This document shows positions 42,261-51,461 of a stretch of 64,000 nucleotides of DNA, in pieces; position 1 is the first letter of the stretch; every line of letters starts with the position of its first letter. The position numbers and the translations under genes are program-made. Origin of the DNA: an uncultured Verrucomicrobiae bacterium (GTDB taxonomy: Bacteria; Verrucomicrobiota; Verrucomicrobiia; Limisphaerales; UBA11358); NCBI GenBank assembly GCA_963830235.1, contig CAWHLR010000016.1, forward strand, positions 28,474 through 92,473, read 5' to 3'. The notes under the pieces were generated by a model that saw nothing but the letters and a program-made list of their open reading frames with translations, was not told the origin of the DNA and did no database searches.

Positions 42261-43076
42261 ATGAATCTCTGGCTTGAAGCGGCTTTTGCGCTCATGGTGG
42301 CGGCGGCGGGCGTGGTGCTGGGTCGCTGGTTTTCGCGCTTTCGCAAGCCGTATTGGACATTCGGCTATTTCATTCCGCTCGCGCTGGTCCTGATTTACGC
42401 AGTGGCGGTTCATTTCCCGGCGTTGTTCTTTACGCCGCCCATTTCGTGGATGATGATGGGCCGCAAGAAATTTGCCTTCCTTGGTTTTGTGACGACGATG
42501 GTATTGACCACACCGCTTTCCCGGGTGCCGAAGAAACGGGACCGCATCATGATTTCCATCTTGATGGCCGTCATTGTTTTTGCGGTGTCGGTCTGGCCGT
42601 TTATTGTGCCGGCGTTTGAGCGAAATGAGATCGCCCGCCTACAGACGAACATTGACGCGAATGGGATTTGTATTCAAACCACCGGTTTCACCTGCGGACC
42701 GGCGGCGGCGGTCACGGCGTTGCGCAAACTTGGACTGTCGGGCGAAGAAGGCAAAATCGGGATTCTTTCCGGAACGAGTTCCGCGACGGGGACACCGCCG
42801 GATATGCTCGCCGAAGCATTGCAAAATGAATATGGCAGGGACGGTTTGGTTGCCGAATGTCGTTCGTTTAAAGATATTTCGGAATTAAAACAGGCGGGAT
42901 TGACCCTGGCGGTCATCAAATACGCGTTCATGGTTGATCACTACGTCACAGTTCTCGAAGTAACCGACACTGAAGTGGTCGTCGGTGATCCGTTGAATGG
43001 ATTGGACAGAATGTCCCATGCCGACTTTCAGAGGGAATGGCGTTTCGTGGGGATTGTGCTCAAGCGAAAGCTTTGA
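42261..43076 (+). CDS. Membrane-anchored C39-family cysteine peptidase
   Basis: Four hydrophobic segments, then QTTGFTCGPAA (Q, C), DHYV (H), VGDP (D); no ABC domain. Confidence 0.8.
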   Translation: MNLWLEAAFALMVAAAGVVLGRWFSRFRKPYWTFGYFIPLALVLIYAVAVHFPALFFTPPISWMMMGRKKFAFLGFVTTMVLTTPLSRVPKKRDRIMISILMAVIVFAVSVWPFIVPAFERNEIARLQTNIDANGICIQTTGFTCGPAAAVTALRKLGLSGEEGKIGILSGTSSATGTPPDMLAEALQNEYGRDGLVAECRSFKDISELKQAGLTLAVIKYAFMVDHYVTVLEVTDTEVVVGDPLNGLDRMSHADFQREWRFVGIVLKRKL

Positions 43077-43159
43077 CCAAACGAAATCCATTTTCCTGGT
43101 GCCGGCAATGCTTATCCTCTGTGCTCAAGAATTTGTCGTTTGGCAACGGCGTTTGATTT

Positions 43160-44881
43160 TTGTGTTTATCGGCCATAGACTTCCGATTTACCGCAGCGGT
43201 GAGAAAACATAACGTTGTTCACATAAAACCCGTCGCAGTCATGGCAGCAACCAACAAAACCAACGCCCCTCCACTTGCCGTCCAGGCCGGGGGAGGCTGT
43301 CAGAGAAAGGAAGTTCTGCCTTCCATCGTTCTGGCGGTTTGTCTGGCGGTTTTTCTGGTCAAGGCCATGACCAGCATGATCCAGGAATCGGCGACCTGGG
43401 ATGAAACATCCTGTTTCGGCCTCGGCAAATATATTTTGCAAACGCACCGCTGGGATGTGCCCGGGGCCATACTTCATCCGCCACTTTCGTATGTTATTCA
43501 TGGTATTCCCCTGTTGTTTTTTTCAACGGATCAGAGCGTTTGGACGGATTATCCGGATCAACGGGATCGTGAATTCCTTGCCTTGTCCGACAATATCCGG
43601 GGACAGGCATTGCTCTCCAGTCCGGCAAATCGGGGGGATCGCCTGTTGTTTCTATCGCGCCTCATGATGGTGTTGACCGGGATGTTGCTGGGCTGGTTTG
43701 TGTATCTGTGGAGTTACTCGCTGTATGGGAAATGGAGTGCCATTTTGGCAATCATATTATATTCGTTCAGCCCCAATATTTTGGCCCATGCGCGTTTAAT
43801 CACACCCGATATCACCCTGACCGCCTTCTTGTTTATAACCTTGTATTATTTCTGGAGGCTTTTGCGGAACAACCGGATGAGCCATGCGGTTTTGGGCGGC
43901 GTTTGCTTTGGGCTGGCCCTGCTTTCCAAGTTCACCAGTGTGCTGTTGTTTCCGATTTTAATTCTCCTGATGGTGTTATGGGGGATAAAACAGAAAACAC
44001 TGAACGCGCATTATTGTGTTGTATTTGTGTTGATCGGGATGGGGGTTTTGTTTTTCGGATATGGAATGGATCTGAACCCTTATTTTGACGGCATCACTTC
44101 CCAGCAAGAACAGGCAAATAAAGGCCACCCCGCATTCCTCATGGGCAACTATTCAGCCACCGGCTGGTGGTACTATTTTGTCGTGGCTTTCCTGGTCAAG
44201 ACCCCGATTGCCACGATGATTTTTCTGGCGGTGGCGCTGGTTTTGTTGGTGGGAAAAGCTCCGAAGGGGATGTGGATGGATGAGATGTTTCTTCTCATCC
44301 CGGCGGCCACAGTTTTTGTTTTTTTCAGCCTGCATCACAAAGACATCGGACTGCGCTACATTTTGCCGATGTACCCATTCCTTTTCGTGTTTGCCAGCCG
44401 GGCGGCGCAGTGGTTCCTCTCGAACAAGCTGCTGGCCGGTTTGTCGGTGGCATTGACTGGCTGGTATGTGGGCGCTTCCTGCTGGATACACCCGCACTAT
44501 CTTGCATATTTCAACGAATTGGCCGGCGGTCCGGACAAGGGATACAAATATTTGGCGGATTCCAACCTGGATTGGGGGCAGGACCTCAAGGGATTGAAAA
44601 GCTACATGCAGAAACATGGCATCCCTCGAATTAGTTTGAGCTACTTCGGCTCCGACTCGCCGGCCCGGTACGGCATAGCCTATGACTGGCTTCCCAGTTG
44701 CGACCTGGACAACCCGGACCCCGGAAAAACGAATACCGCACCCAAAGGCTGGGTTGCCATCAGCGCCACCAACCTTGAGGGGGTTTATTTTGACAACAAG
44801 GACTTGTTTGCCTGGTTCAGAGATCGTCAGCCGGTGGCCAAGATCGGCTACAGTATTTTTATTTACAAGGTGGACGATTGA
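43160..44881 (+). CDS. GT39/ArnT-like (GT-C fold) glycosyltransferase (start uncertain)
   Basis: SATWDE, HPPL, SPNILAH...TPD, LSKF, LRY.LP, YLAYFNE, DSNLDWGQD; many transmembrane segments. Confidence 0.85.
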   Translation: MCLSAIDFRFTAAVRKHNVVHIKPVAVMAATNKTNAPPLAVQAGGGCQRKEVLPSIVLAVCLAVFLVKAMTSMIQESATWDETSCFGLGKYILQTHRWDVPGAILHPPLSYVIHGIPLLFFSTDQSVWTDYPDQRDREFLALSDNIRGQALLSSPANRGDRLLFLSRLMMVLTGMLLGWFVYLWSYSLYGKWSAILAIILYSFSPNILAHARLITPDITLTAFLFITLYYFWRLLRNNRMSHAVLGGVCFGLALLSKFTSVLLFPILILLMVLWGIKQKTLNAHYCVVFVLIGMGVLFFGYGMDLNPYFDGITSQQEQANKGHPAFLMGNYSATGWWYYFVVAFLVKTPIATMIFLAVALVLLVGKAPKGMWMDEMFLLIPAATVFVFFSLHHKDIGLRYILPMYPFLFVFASRAAQWFLSNKLLAGLSVALTGWYVGASCWIHPHYLAYFNELAGGPDKGYKYLADSNLDWGQDLKGLKSYMQKHGIPRISLSYFGSDSPARYGIAYDWLPSCDLDNPDPGKTNTAPKGWVAISATNLEGVYFDNKDLFAWFRDRQPVAKIGYSIFIYKVDD

Positions 44882-45060
44882 TCCGGCTCGATTCGCGGGC
44901 CGCGGGTTCGGTGTCCCGCCGGGGTTGAATGTCCGGGGGACAATATGCTGGTCGCGCCGAAGCCGGGCGAAGGCGGAAGAAACGTCGGTTGTTATCTGAT
45001 TTTTGCCGGTTTGAGTCTCGTGGTCTCGACTCCGGCAATCATTTCATTTATTCTTTGCGC

Positions 45061-46878
45061 ATGGATTTATTGCCGTTTGGAAAATTGCCCGCGGATCAGC
45101 CGCGCAAGTTTGTTCCGCCAGCCATTGAACTCGGCGACTGGCCGCAAATCGCGCCGCTGTTCGACCAACTGGAGACACGTGCCGCGCAGTGCCGGTCCGC
45201 CGCCGACCTCGAACGCTGGCTGCTGGACTGGAGCGAACTCAGCGCCGCGCTCGACGAGGAATCGTCCCGCCGTTACATCGCCATGACCTGCCACACGGAT
45301 AATGCCGAGGCGGAAAAGGCCTACCTGCATTTTGTCGAAAACGTCGAGCCGAAACTCAAGCCGCGCCAGTTCGAGCTGGAAACCATCTACGTCACGCATC
45401 CGCTGCGCGCGGAACTGCTCAAAATTGGATCGCGAAGTGTTGGAGTTCAGGCTTCAGCCTGCGCTCTGGAGGACAAGCTAAAGCTTGAACTCCTGCGCCG
45501 TTATGCAGTCTTTGACCGGGACGTGAAGAATCACGTGGATTTGTTCCGTCCGGAAAATGTCGCGCTGGAAACCGAGGATGCCAAGCTTTGCCAGCAATAC
45601 CAGAAATTGGCCGGTTCGCTCACGGTGAACTTTCGCGGCGAGGAAAAAACGCTCGTCCAGATGGGCCGCTACCTGGAAGAGCCGGATCGTGCGTTGCGGC
45701 AGGAAGTTTGGGAACTGGTGGCCAAACGGCGCTTGCAGGAGGTGGAAAAGTTTGAGGACATTTTCGACCGGCTCATCGAACTCCGCGAACGAATCGCCCG
45801 GAACGCCGGTTTCAACAATTATCGCGATTACGCCTTCCGCCGGCTGGCTCGGTTTGATTACACGCCGGCGGACTGCGCCCGGTTTAACGACGCGGTTGCC
45901 CGGGAAGTCATGCCCGTCGTGCGCGAACTCCATGCCGACCGCCGCCGCCAGCTCGGCCTCGACAAATTGCATCCGGGCCACCTGCGTCCGTGGGATTTGG
46001 CGGTGGACCCGCAGAATCGTCCGCCGTTAAAACCGTTCGCCGAAGTGGGTGAAATGGTTTCGCGCACGCAGAAGATTTTTGACCGGCTGGACGGCGAACT
46101 GGCGGGCGGTTTCCGGCGGATGCAGGATTTGCATCTGCTGGATCTCGACAATCGCAAGGGCAAGGCGCCGGGCGGGTATCAATCCACGCTGTGCGAATCG
46201 CGCCTGCCGTTCATTTTCATGAACGCAATTGGTTTGCAGCGCGACGTGGAAACGATTTTGCACGAGGCCGGCCATGCATTTCACGCGCTCGCGACGCGCG
46301 GCGAGGATTTGCACGCCTATCGCAACGGTCCGCCCATTGAATTTTGCGAAGTCGCCTCGATGAGCATGGAACTGCTCGGCAACGAATTCATCGAGGAATT
46401 TTATTCCGCCGCCGATGCCAATCGCGCGCGCCGGGTTCATTTGGAGGGCGTGGTCGGGGTATTTCCGTGGATTGCGACGGTGGATGAATTCCAGCACTGG
46501 ATTTACACGCATCCCGGCCACAGCCGCGCCGAACGCGCCGCGGCGTGGCTGGAATTGATGGACCGGTTCGGCGGCGACGTGGACTGGAGCGGGTACGAGG
46601 CCGCGCGGGCGCATTTGTGGCACCGGCAGCTTCATATTTTCATTCACCCGTTTTATTACATCGAATACGGCATCGCGCAACTCGGCGCGTTGCAGGTCTG
46701 GGCGAATTCCAAACGCGACAAGGTGAAGGCGCTGGCTGATTACAAAAAATCTCTCGCGCTCGGCGGTTCCCGGCCGTTGCCGGAATTGTTTGAAGCGGCG
46801 GGCTGCAAATTTGAATTCAGCGCCGCCACGATCAAACCGCTGATTCAACTGGTGAGAAGCGAGCTGGCGAAGCTGTAG
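45061..46878 (+). CDS. pepF: M3 family oligoendopeptidase
   Basis: LRPWD, KGKAPGGY, HEAGH zinc motif, EVASMSME, PFYYIEY. Confidence 0.9.
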   Translation: MDLLPFGKLPADQPRKFVPPAIELGDWPQIAPLFDQLETRAAQCRSAADLERWLLDWSELSAALDEESSRRYIAMTCHTDNAEAEKAYLHFVENVEPKLKPRQFELETIYVTHPLRAELLKIGSRSVGVQASACALEDKLKLELLRRYAVFDRDVKNHVDLFRPENVALETEDAKLCQQYQKLAGSLTVNFRGEEKTLVQMGRYLEEPDRALRQEVWELVAKRRLQEVEKFEDIFDRLIELRERIARNAGFNNYRDYAFRRLARFDYTPADCARFNDAVAREVMPVVRELHADRRRQLGLDKLHPGHLRPWDLAVDPQNRPPLKPFAEVGEMVSRTQKIFDRLDGELAGGFRRMQDLHLLDLDNRKGKAPGGYQSTLCESRLPFIFMNAIGLQRDVETILHEAGHAFHALATRGEDLHAYRNGPPIEFCEVASMSMELLGNEFIEEFYSAADANRARRVHLEGVVGVFPWIATVDEFQHWIYTHPGHSRAERAAAWLELMDRFGGDVDWSGYEAARAHLWHRQLHIFIHPFYYIEYGIAQLGALQVWANSKRDKVKALADYKKSLALGGSRPLPELFEAAGCKFEFSAATIKPLIQLVRSELAKL

Positions 46879-46902
46879 CGCAAAGCATTCAAATAAGCCG
46901 TT

Positions 46903-47042
46903 GAACCACGAAAGACACGAAAAACACGAAATGACACGGCATTGCCAGGCATCGCTGGGTCAGAAAGCCGGTTAAATCTTTCGCCGTGTTTGAATGTCCG
47001 GTTTCAGTCCTATTTTCGTGTGCTTCGTGTATTTCGTGGTTT
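46903..47042. repeat. Inverted pair of 9-mer arrays
   Basis: AACCACGAAAGACACGAAAAACACGAAA ... TTTCGTGTGCTTCGTGTATTTCGTGGTT. Confidence 0.8.
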
Positions 47043-47050
47043 ATCTCCTC

Positions 47051-47125
47051 TGCCGGTTTGAATTCAGCGCGAAGACCATTCAGCCGTTGACGAAATTACT
47101 GCGGGATGAACAGGAAAACTTTGAA
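47051..47125 (+). repeat. Diverged duplicate of the pepF 3' end
   Basis: CRFEFSAKTIQPLTKLLRDE versus pepF CKFEFSAATIKPLIQLVRSE (from 46804). Confidence 0.75.
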
Positions 47126-47165
47126 CCGGAGGAAAATTTGCAGCCTGTCCTCATATTAGGCACCA

Positions 47166-47591
47166 TCATCGTGTCTCTGCCTTTCTTGCCTGCTCCAAAA
47201 TCGAAGCAATCTTGGCATCTATGTCGGCCATATATCCAGATGTGCGATAAGTATAATTGGATGGATACTCTGCCCGAAAGGCTGCTATCCCTGCCAAAAT
47301 ATTGGTCGCCATCTTCCGGCTGCGAACATCTGAATAATCACCAAACGCCCAAATAGTGACAACGTCGCTATCTAACTCGGAGCGAAGCAAACTCCTGGCG
47401 GAGTCGATATGCCCTAAATCCAACTCATGCAAAATCCTCGCTCGAATAGCTGCGTCGCCGAGCGACTTGTCGAGCGCCGTCGCCGAATAAGCATCAACCA
47501 TATAACGCTGGCCAAAGCCGAGCCAGTAACCGACAGCTACCAAAATTGCTGCGATGAGAACGATGCCAAAAATAAATGCGAATCTTTTCAT
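47166..47591 (-). CDS. Solitary cassette-like gene for a membrane-anchored protein
   Basis: Lower-GC 141-aa ORF bounded by the inverted repeat TATTAGGCA(C/G)CAT at 47154-47166 and 47603-47615. Confidence 0.75.
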   Translation of the reverse strand: MKRFAFIFGIVLIAAILVAVGYWLGFGQRYMVDAYSATALDKSLGDAAIRARILHELDLGHIDSARSLLRSELDSDVVTIWAFGDYSDVRSRKMATNILAGIAAFRAEYPSNYTYRTSGYMADIDAKIASILEQARKAETR

Positions 47592-47700
47592 AGGTGCGCG
47601 CAATGCTGCCTAATAGATAATGTACAACCTGTTTTGCGGTCTATCCTTATTCAGGATTAAACTACGCTTTTACGTAAAAGCCTTGTCAAACAAACTTTTC

Positions 47701-47754
47701 GCGTAGCCGCGCTTGTGAAAGCGCGGAATCCGCGTTTTTACAAACGCGGCCACC
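47701..47754. repeat. GTAG-type REP palindrome
   Basis: GTAGCCGCGCTTGTGAAAGCGCGG-AAT-CCGCGTTTTTACAAACGCGGCCAC. Confidence 0.7.
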
Positions 47755-49098
47755 TTAAACCTCAATCCCGTACGCTTTGATTTTGTTGTAGAGGGTCTGG
47801 CGGCCGATGCCGAGGCGTTTGGCGGTTTCGAGCTTGTTGCCGCCGGTTTCCTTGAGCGTCTGGATGATGGCGTTGCGTTCCACGCCTTCGAGCAGGGTGA
47901 AGCTGGTGTCGGTGCCGTCGGCGTTGCCCACCTTGGCGTTGGCGACGGAAAGGTCGGTGACGGCCACTTCACTGCCTTCGCAGAGCAGGACGGTGCGCTG
48001 GACCTCGTTTTGCAACTGGCGGACGTTGCCCGGCCAGTCGAAGGCGGTGAGCCTTTCGATGGCTTCAGGTTTGAAGCCCCGGATGTCCCGGTTGGCCTGC
48101 GCGGCGAAGCGCTTAAGGAACGCGGTGGCCAGCGGAATGATGTCGTCGCGTCGTTCGCGCAACGGCGGCAGATGCACCGAAATGGCGCTGATGCGGTAAA
48201 AAAGGTCCTCGCGCAGCTTGCTTTCCTTGATGGCTTCCTCGGGCTTGCGGTTGGTGGAGGCGATGAGCCGGCAATTGGTCTTGTAACTGGACTTGCCGCC
48301 GACCGGGCGGACTTCCTGGTCCTGCAAAACGCGCAGCAGCTTGCTTTGCGTGTCCACGGGCATCTCGGAAATTTCGTCCAGCATCAGCGTGCCGCCCTCG
48401 GCCTGCCGGAACAGCCCCTCACGGTCGGTGTGCGCGCCGGTGAATGCGCCCTTGACCGAGCCGAACAATTCGCTCTCGATCAATTCGCGGGGCAGGGCGG
48501 CGCAATTGATTTTGATGATTTTGTTTTTGCTGCGCGGACTGAGCGCGTGGATGAGGTCGGCGATGACTTCCTTGCCCGTGCCGCTTTCGCCGGTGATCAA
48601 AATGGTCACGTCGCTGGGCGCAATGCGTTCGACGGTGCGGACAACTTCCTGCATGGCGGCGCTGCGGAAAATCGGCGAGGCGGTGCCGCTCATGGTTTCC
48701 AGGGCGCGGCGGAGCGTGTTGTTTTCCGCGTTTTGTTCTTTGCGCTCGATGGCGCATTTCACGTCGGCGAGCAGCTTTTGGTTTTCAAACGGCTTGGCGA
48801 GAAAATTGTAGGCGCCGCCGCGTCCGGCTTCGACGGCCATGCTGATGGTGCCGTGGCCGGTGAGCACGATGACCTCGGTGTCGGGCCAGCGTTTTTTGAT
48901 TTGCGGCAGCAATTCCAGGCCGTCGGCGTCCGGCAGCTTCACGTCGAGCAGCACCACGTCGGGTTGGGGTTGGGAAAAGGCCTTCTGCAAGCCTGCGCCG
49001 TTGCTGGCTTGAACGACTTCGTAAAGGTCTTCGAGCACCGAGGCGAGCAGATTCCGCAGATCCGCCTCGTCATCCACGATCAGAATTTTGGCTTTCAT
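47755..49098 (-). CDS. Sigma-54-dependent response regulator (NtrC family)
   Basis: Receiver domain ILIVDD...LLDVKLP, GESGTGKE, GAFTGA, LDEI, WPGNVRQL, Fis-type HTH. Confidence 0.96.
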   Translation of the reverse strand: MKAKILIVDDEADLRNLLASVLEDLYEVVQASNGAGLQKAFSQPQPDVVLLDVKLPDADGLELLPQIKKRWPDTEVIVLTGHGTISMAVEAGRGGAYNFLAKPFENQKLLADVKCAIERKEQNAENNTLRRALETMSGTASPIFRSAAMQEVVRTVERIAPSDVTILITGESGTGKEVIADLIHALSPRSKNKIIKINCAALPRELIESELFGSVKGAFTGAHTDREGLFRQAEGGTLMLDEISEMPVDTQSKLLRVLQDQEVRPVGGKSSYKTNCRLIASTNRKPEEAIKESKLREDLFYRISAISVHLPPLRERRDDIIPLATAFLKRFAAQANRDIRGFKPEAIERLTAFDWPGNVRQLQNEVQRTVLLCEGSEVAVTDLSVANAKVGNADGTDTSFTLLEGVERNAIIQTLKETGGNKLETAKRLGIGRQTLYNKIKAYGIEV

Positions 49099-49864
49099 GT
49101 TTTGCGTCTCCGCCTGCACGTTTCAACAAACCGCCGAAAAATCGCCCGATGTTCGGCGTATCGTCCGGTCAATCGTTCCGGATGAAATTGCACACTCAAC
49201 AAAAACGGCATTCGCCGCTCCGCTTCCGGTTTTAATTCCATCGCTTCCACGATTCCATCCCGCGTTCGCGCCACCGCCATTAACGGCTCCGCCGGTTCCA
49301 AAACCGCCTGATGATGCGAACTGTTCACACCTAAAATCCGCTTCCGCACGATATTGGCCAGTAATGAGCCCGATGTCAACGGCACTTCATGCACTAAATT
49401 CATCCGCTTTGTCCATCCGCTGGTGGTTCAGCGCGCCGGGCATCTGGCGGCGAATGTCCGCGATCAACCGGCCGCCAAGCGCGATGTTCAACAACTGATG
49501 GCCGCGGCAGATTGCCAGAAGCGGCTTGCGTTGGCGAAAAATTTCGTCAATCAAAACCAGCTCGCGCAGATCGCGCCCGCCGCCATCGGGCGTGGTGCCA
49601 ACGGTCTTGCGCACGGCGCGCGGCAGATTTGGGTGTAAAGATCGGGGTTAATGTCGTCACCGCCGGTCAACAACACCCCGTCCGCGCGGCGGACAACTTC
49701 AGCGAGCATTTGCCGGTCAGTGGTTGTGGTGTGGTGACGGGGATGCCGCCGGCCTGGAGCACGGCATAGTCGTATTTGACCGAGAGGCTGACGGAAAGGT
49801 CATGAAATTCGACACCCCGTTTTTCGATGCTCGGAGAAACCAGAATCAAGGGCGGATTGGCCAT
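49095..49864 (-). CDS. Peptidase C26 / gamma-glutamyl-GABA hydrolase family (two apparent frameshifts)
   Basis: LLTGGDD, LAICRGHQLLN, VNSSHHQAV, DGIVEA, VQFHPE across three frames. Confidence 0.85.
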
Positions 49865-49994
49865 GCGCGCGAAATGTAAGGGAACTGGGTGGTTTTGTCA
49901 GGAAAAAATGGGCCTGAGATTTAATAATACATTGCTGGCCAGCCATTTACACATTAAAAAAGTGCTTTGGCCCGGTTTAAGCTTAAAGGCAGGC

Positions 49995-50171
49995 ATGAGA
50001 GTATATGCGAACGAAATTCATCGGAGCGCCGTTTACCATCTGATCAGCACAGTCATCCCCATAAACCATGCATTAAAGGCCAAACTGGACACTTATGGTT
50101 CGGTGATTGTCGTGGGTTTGATTGTGGGATTGGTGGCCTTGATGCGGTTGGTTCTGGGCGGGACGCACTAA
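49995..50171 (+). CDS. Possible small membrane protein
   Basis: 58-aa ORF with a C-terminal hydrophobic helix; no recognised motif. Confidence 0.3.
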   Translation: MRVYANEIHRSAVYHLISTVIPINHALKAKLDTYGSVIVVGLIVGLVALMRLVLGGTH

Positions 50172-50238
50172 TTGCGGGACGGTGGCGTGCCAGTTTTTTG
50201 GGCAGACGCTGGGGAAACGACCGTGATTTACGGAGAAA

Positions 50239-50511
50239 CTAAATTTTTACTTCGGGAAAGCGCTCGCGAATTCGGCGGCGCAGATGCTCCTCGTGTTCCG
50301 GCTGCAACCGGCGGCGGGTGATGAGCCGTTGCACCGCGTCGAGCAACGCCAGCCAGTCCTCCAGCGGCGGTTCCGGCACGGGCTGCCATTGATCAAAACG
50401 CTTTTCACGCCGGGAGAACCGCCACTCGCGGCTCACGCGCTGGGCATTCACCTGCAGCTTCACGCCGTCTTCCGTGACCCGCTTCCAACTGATTTCGGCT
50501 TTAATGGCCAT
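50239..50511 (-). CDS. Hypothetical protein
   Basis: 90-aa ORF with host-like codon usage, co-oriented downstream of ispF. Confidence 0.7.
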   Translation of the reverse strand: MAIKAEISWKRVTEDGVKLQVNAQRVSREWRFSRREKRFDQWQPVPEPPLEDWLALLDAVQRLITRRRLQPEHEEHLRRRIRERFPEVKI

Positions 50512-50600
50512 GGGTTAAATGATGCGTGATTCGTAAAACGTGCAGGGGAAAATCATCCGCCGGTTCCGCATTTCACGTTTTACGTTTTACGGTTCACAAA

Positions 50601-51080
50601 TCATTCAGGCAAATCCACGCTCGCCACCGCCATCGCGGCAATGCCTTCCTCGCGGCCAACAAAACCCATGTGTTCGTTGGTGGTTGCCTTGATGCCGATT
50701 TGTTTTTCAGACACGCCGAGCGCGGCGGCAATGCGCTGCTTCATTTCGGCGATGTGCGGATAAAGCTTTGGTTCCTGTGCGATGAGGGTTGCGTCCACGT
50801 TCACGATTTTGCCTTTGCGCCGGGCAGCCTGCCGGGCAGCTTCTTCCAGGAACACCTTGCTGGGCGCGCCTTTCCAGCGCGGGTCAGAGTTCGGGAAAAA
50901 GTGGCCGATATCCGGCTCGCCGAGCGCGCCCAGCAGCGCGTCACAAATCGCGTGCATGAGCGCGTCCGCGTCCGAATGGCCATCCAGGCCCTTGGTGTGC
51001 GGAATCTCCACGCCACCCAGGATGAGCTTGCGGCCTGCCACCAATTGATGAACGTCGTAACCGATGCCAACATGAACCAT
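50601..51080 (-). CDS. ispF: 2-C-methyl-D-erythritol 2,4-cyclodiphosphate synthase
   Basis: GIGYDVH, GHSDAD, DIGHFFP, KATTNE, GREEG. Confidence 0.97.
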   Translation of the reverse strand: MVHVGIGYDVHQLVAGRKLILGGVEIPHTKGLDGHSDADALMHAICDALLGALGEPDIGHFFPNSDPRWKGAPSKVFLEEAARQAARRKGKIVNVDATLIAQEPKLYPHIAEMKQRIAAALGVSEKQIGIKATTNEHMGFVGREEGIAAMAVASVDLPE

Positions 51081-51461
51081 GTTCAGACTGTAAGAATTTT
51101 ACGCGCGCCAACCAAGAATTTTCGTTGCCAAACTCCGCCGTCGGCTGAAACCAAAATCCGTGCGAGTTTCGGTCACGAGCCAGCCGGGTCTTTTTGCGAA
51201 GTTTGGCAAGTACATCAAGATCACGTTGCTTGAATTGGGCATTTGTCCAGCAGCTTTCAAGTATCCTTAATCTTGATTCAGCTATTTCTACAATTTTCTG
51301 TCCATTGGGCAATCGCTTGGCAAAGGCAATTTCCGATTTGATGCAAAACCGAGTCCTGTGCCACCTTGCTTATGCGATCGCGCTCCGCTTTCAGCCAAAG
51401 TTCATCACCCCCGCGCGACATTCTTCTTTTGCGGAAAGAAAAAATTTGCCACGCTGGCGTC

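Noticed and set aside
47145-47626. dif site at the reconstructed empty site of the second cassette
   Set aside because: CTCATAATGTAC resembles only the XerC half of dif; no XerD arm follows
51100-51400. Gene in the AT-rich gap between ispF and nnr
   Set aside because: Only short ORFs with no recognisable motif; possibly a remnant but cannot be supported
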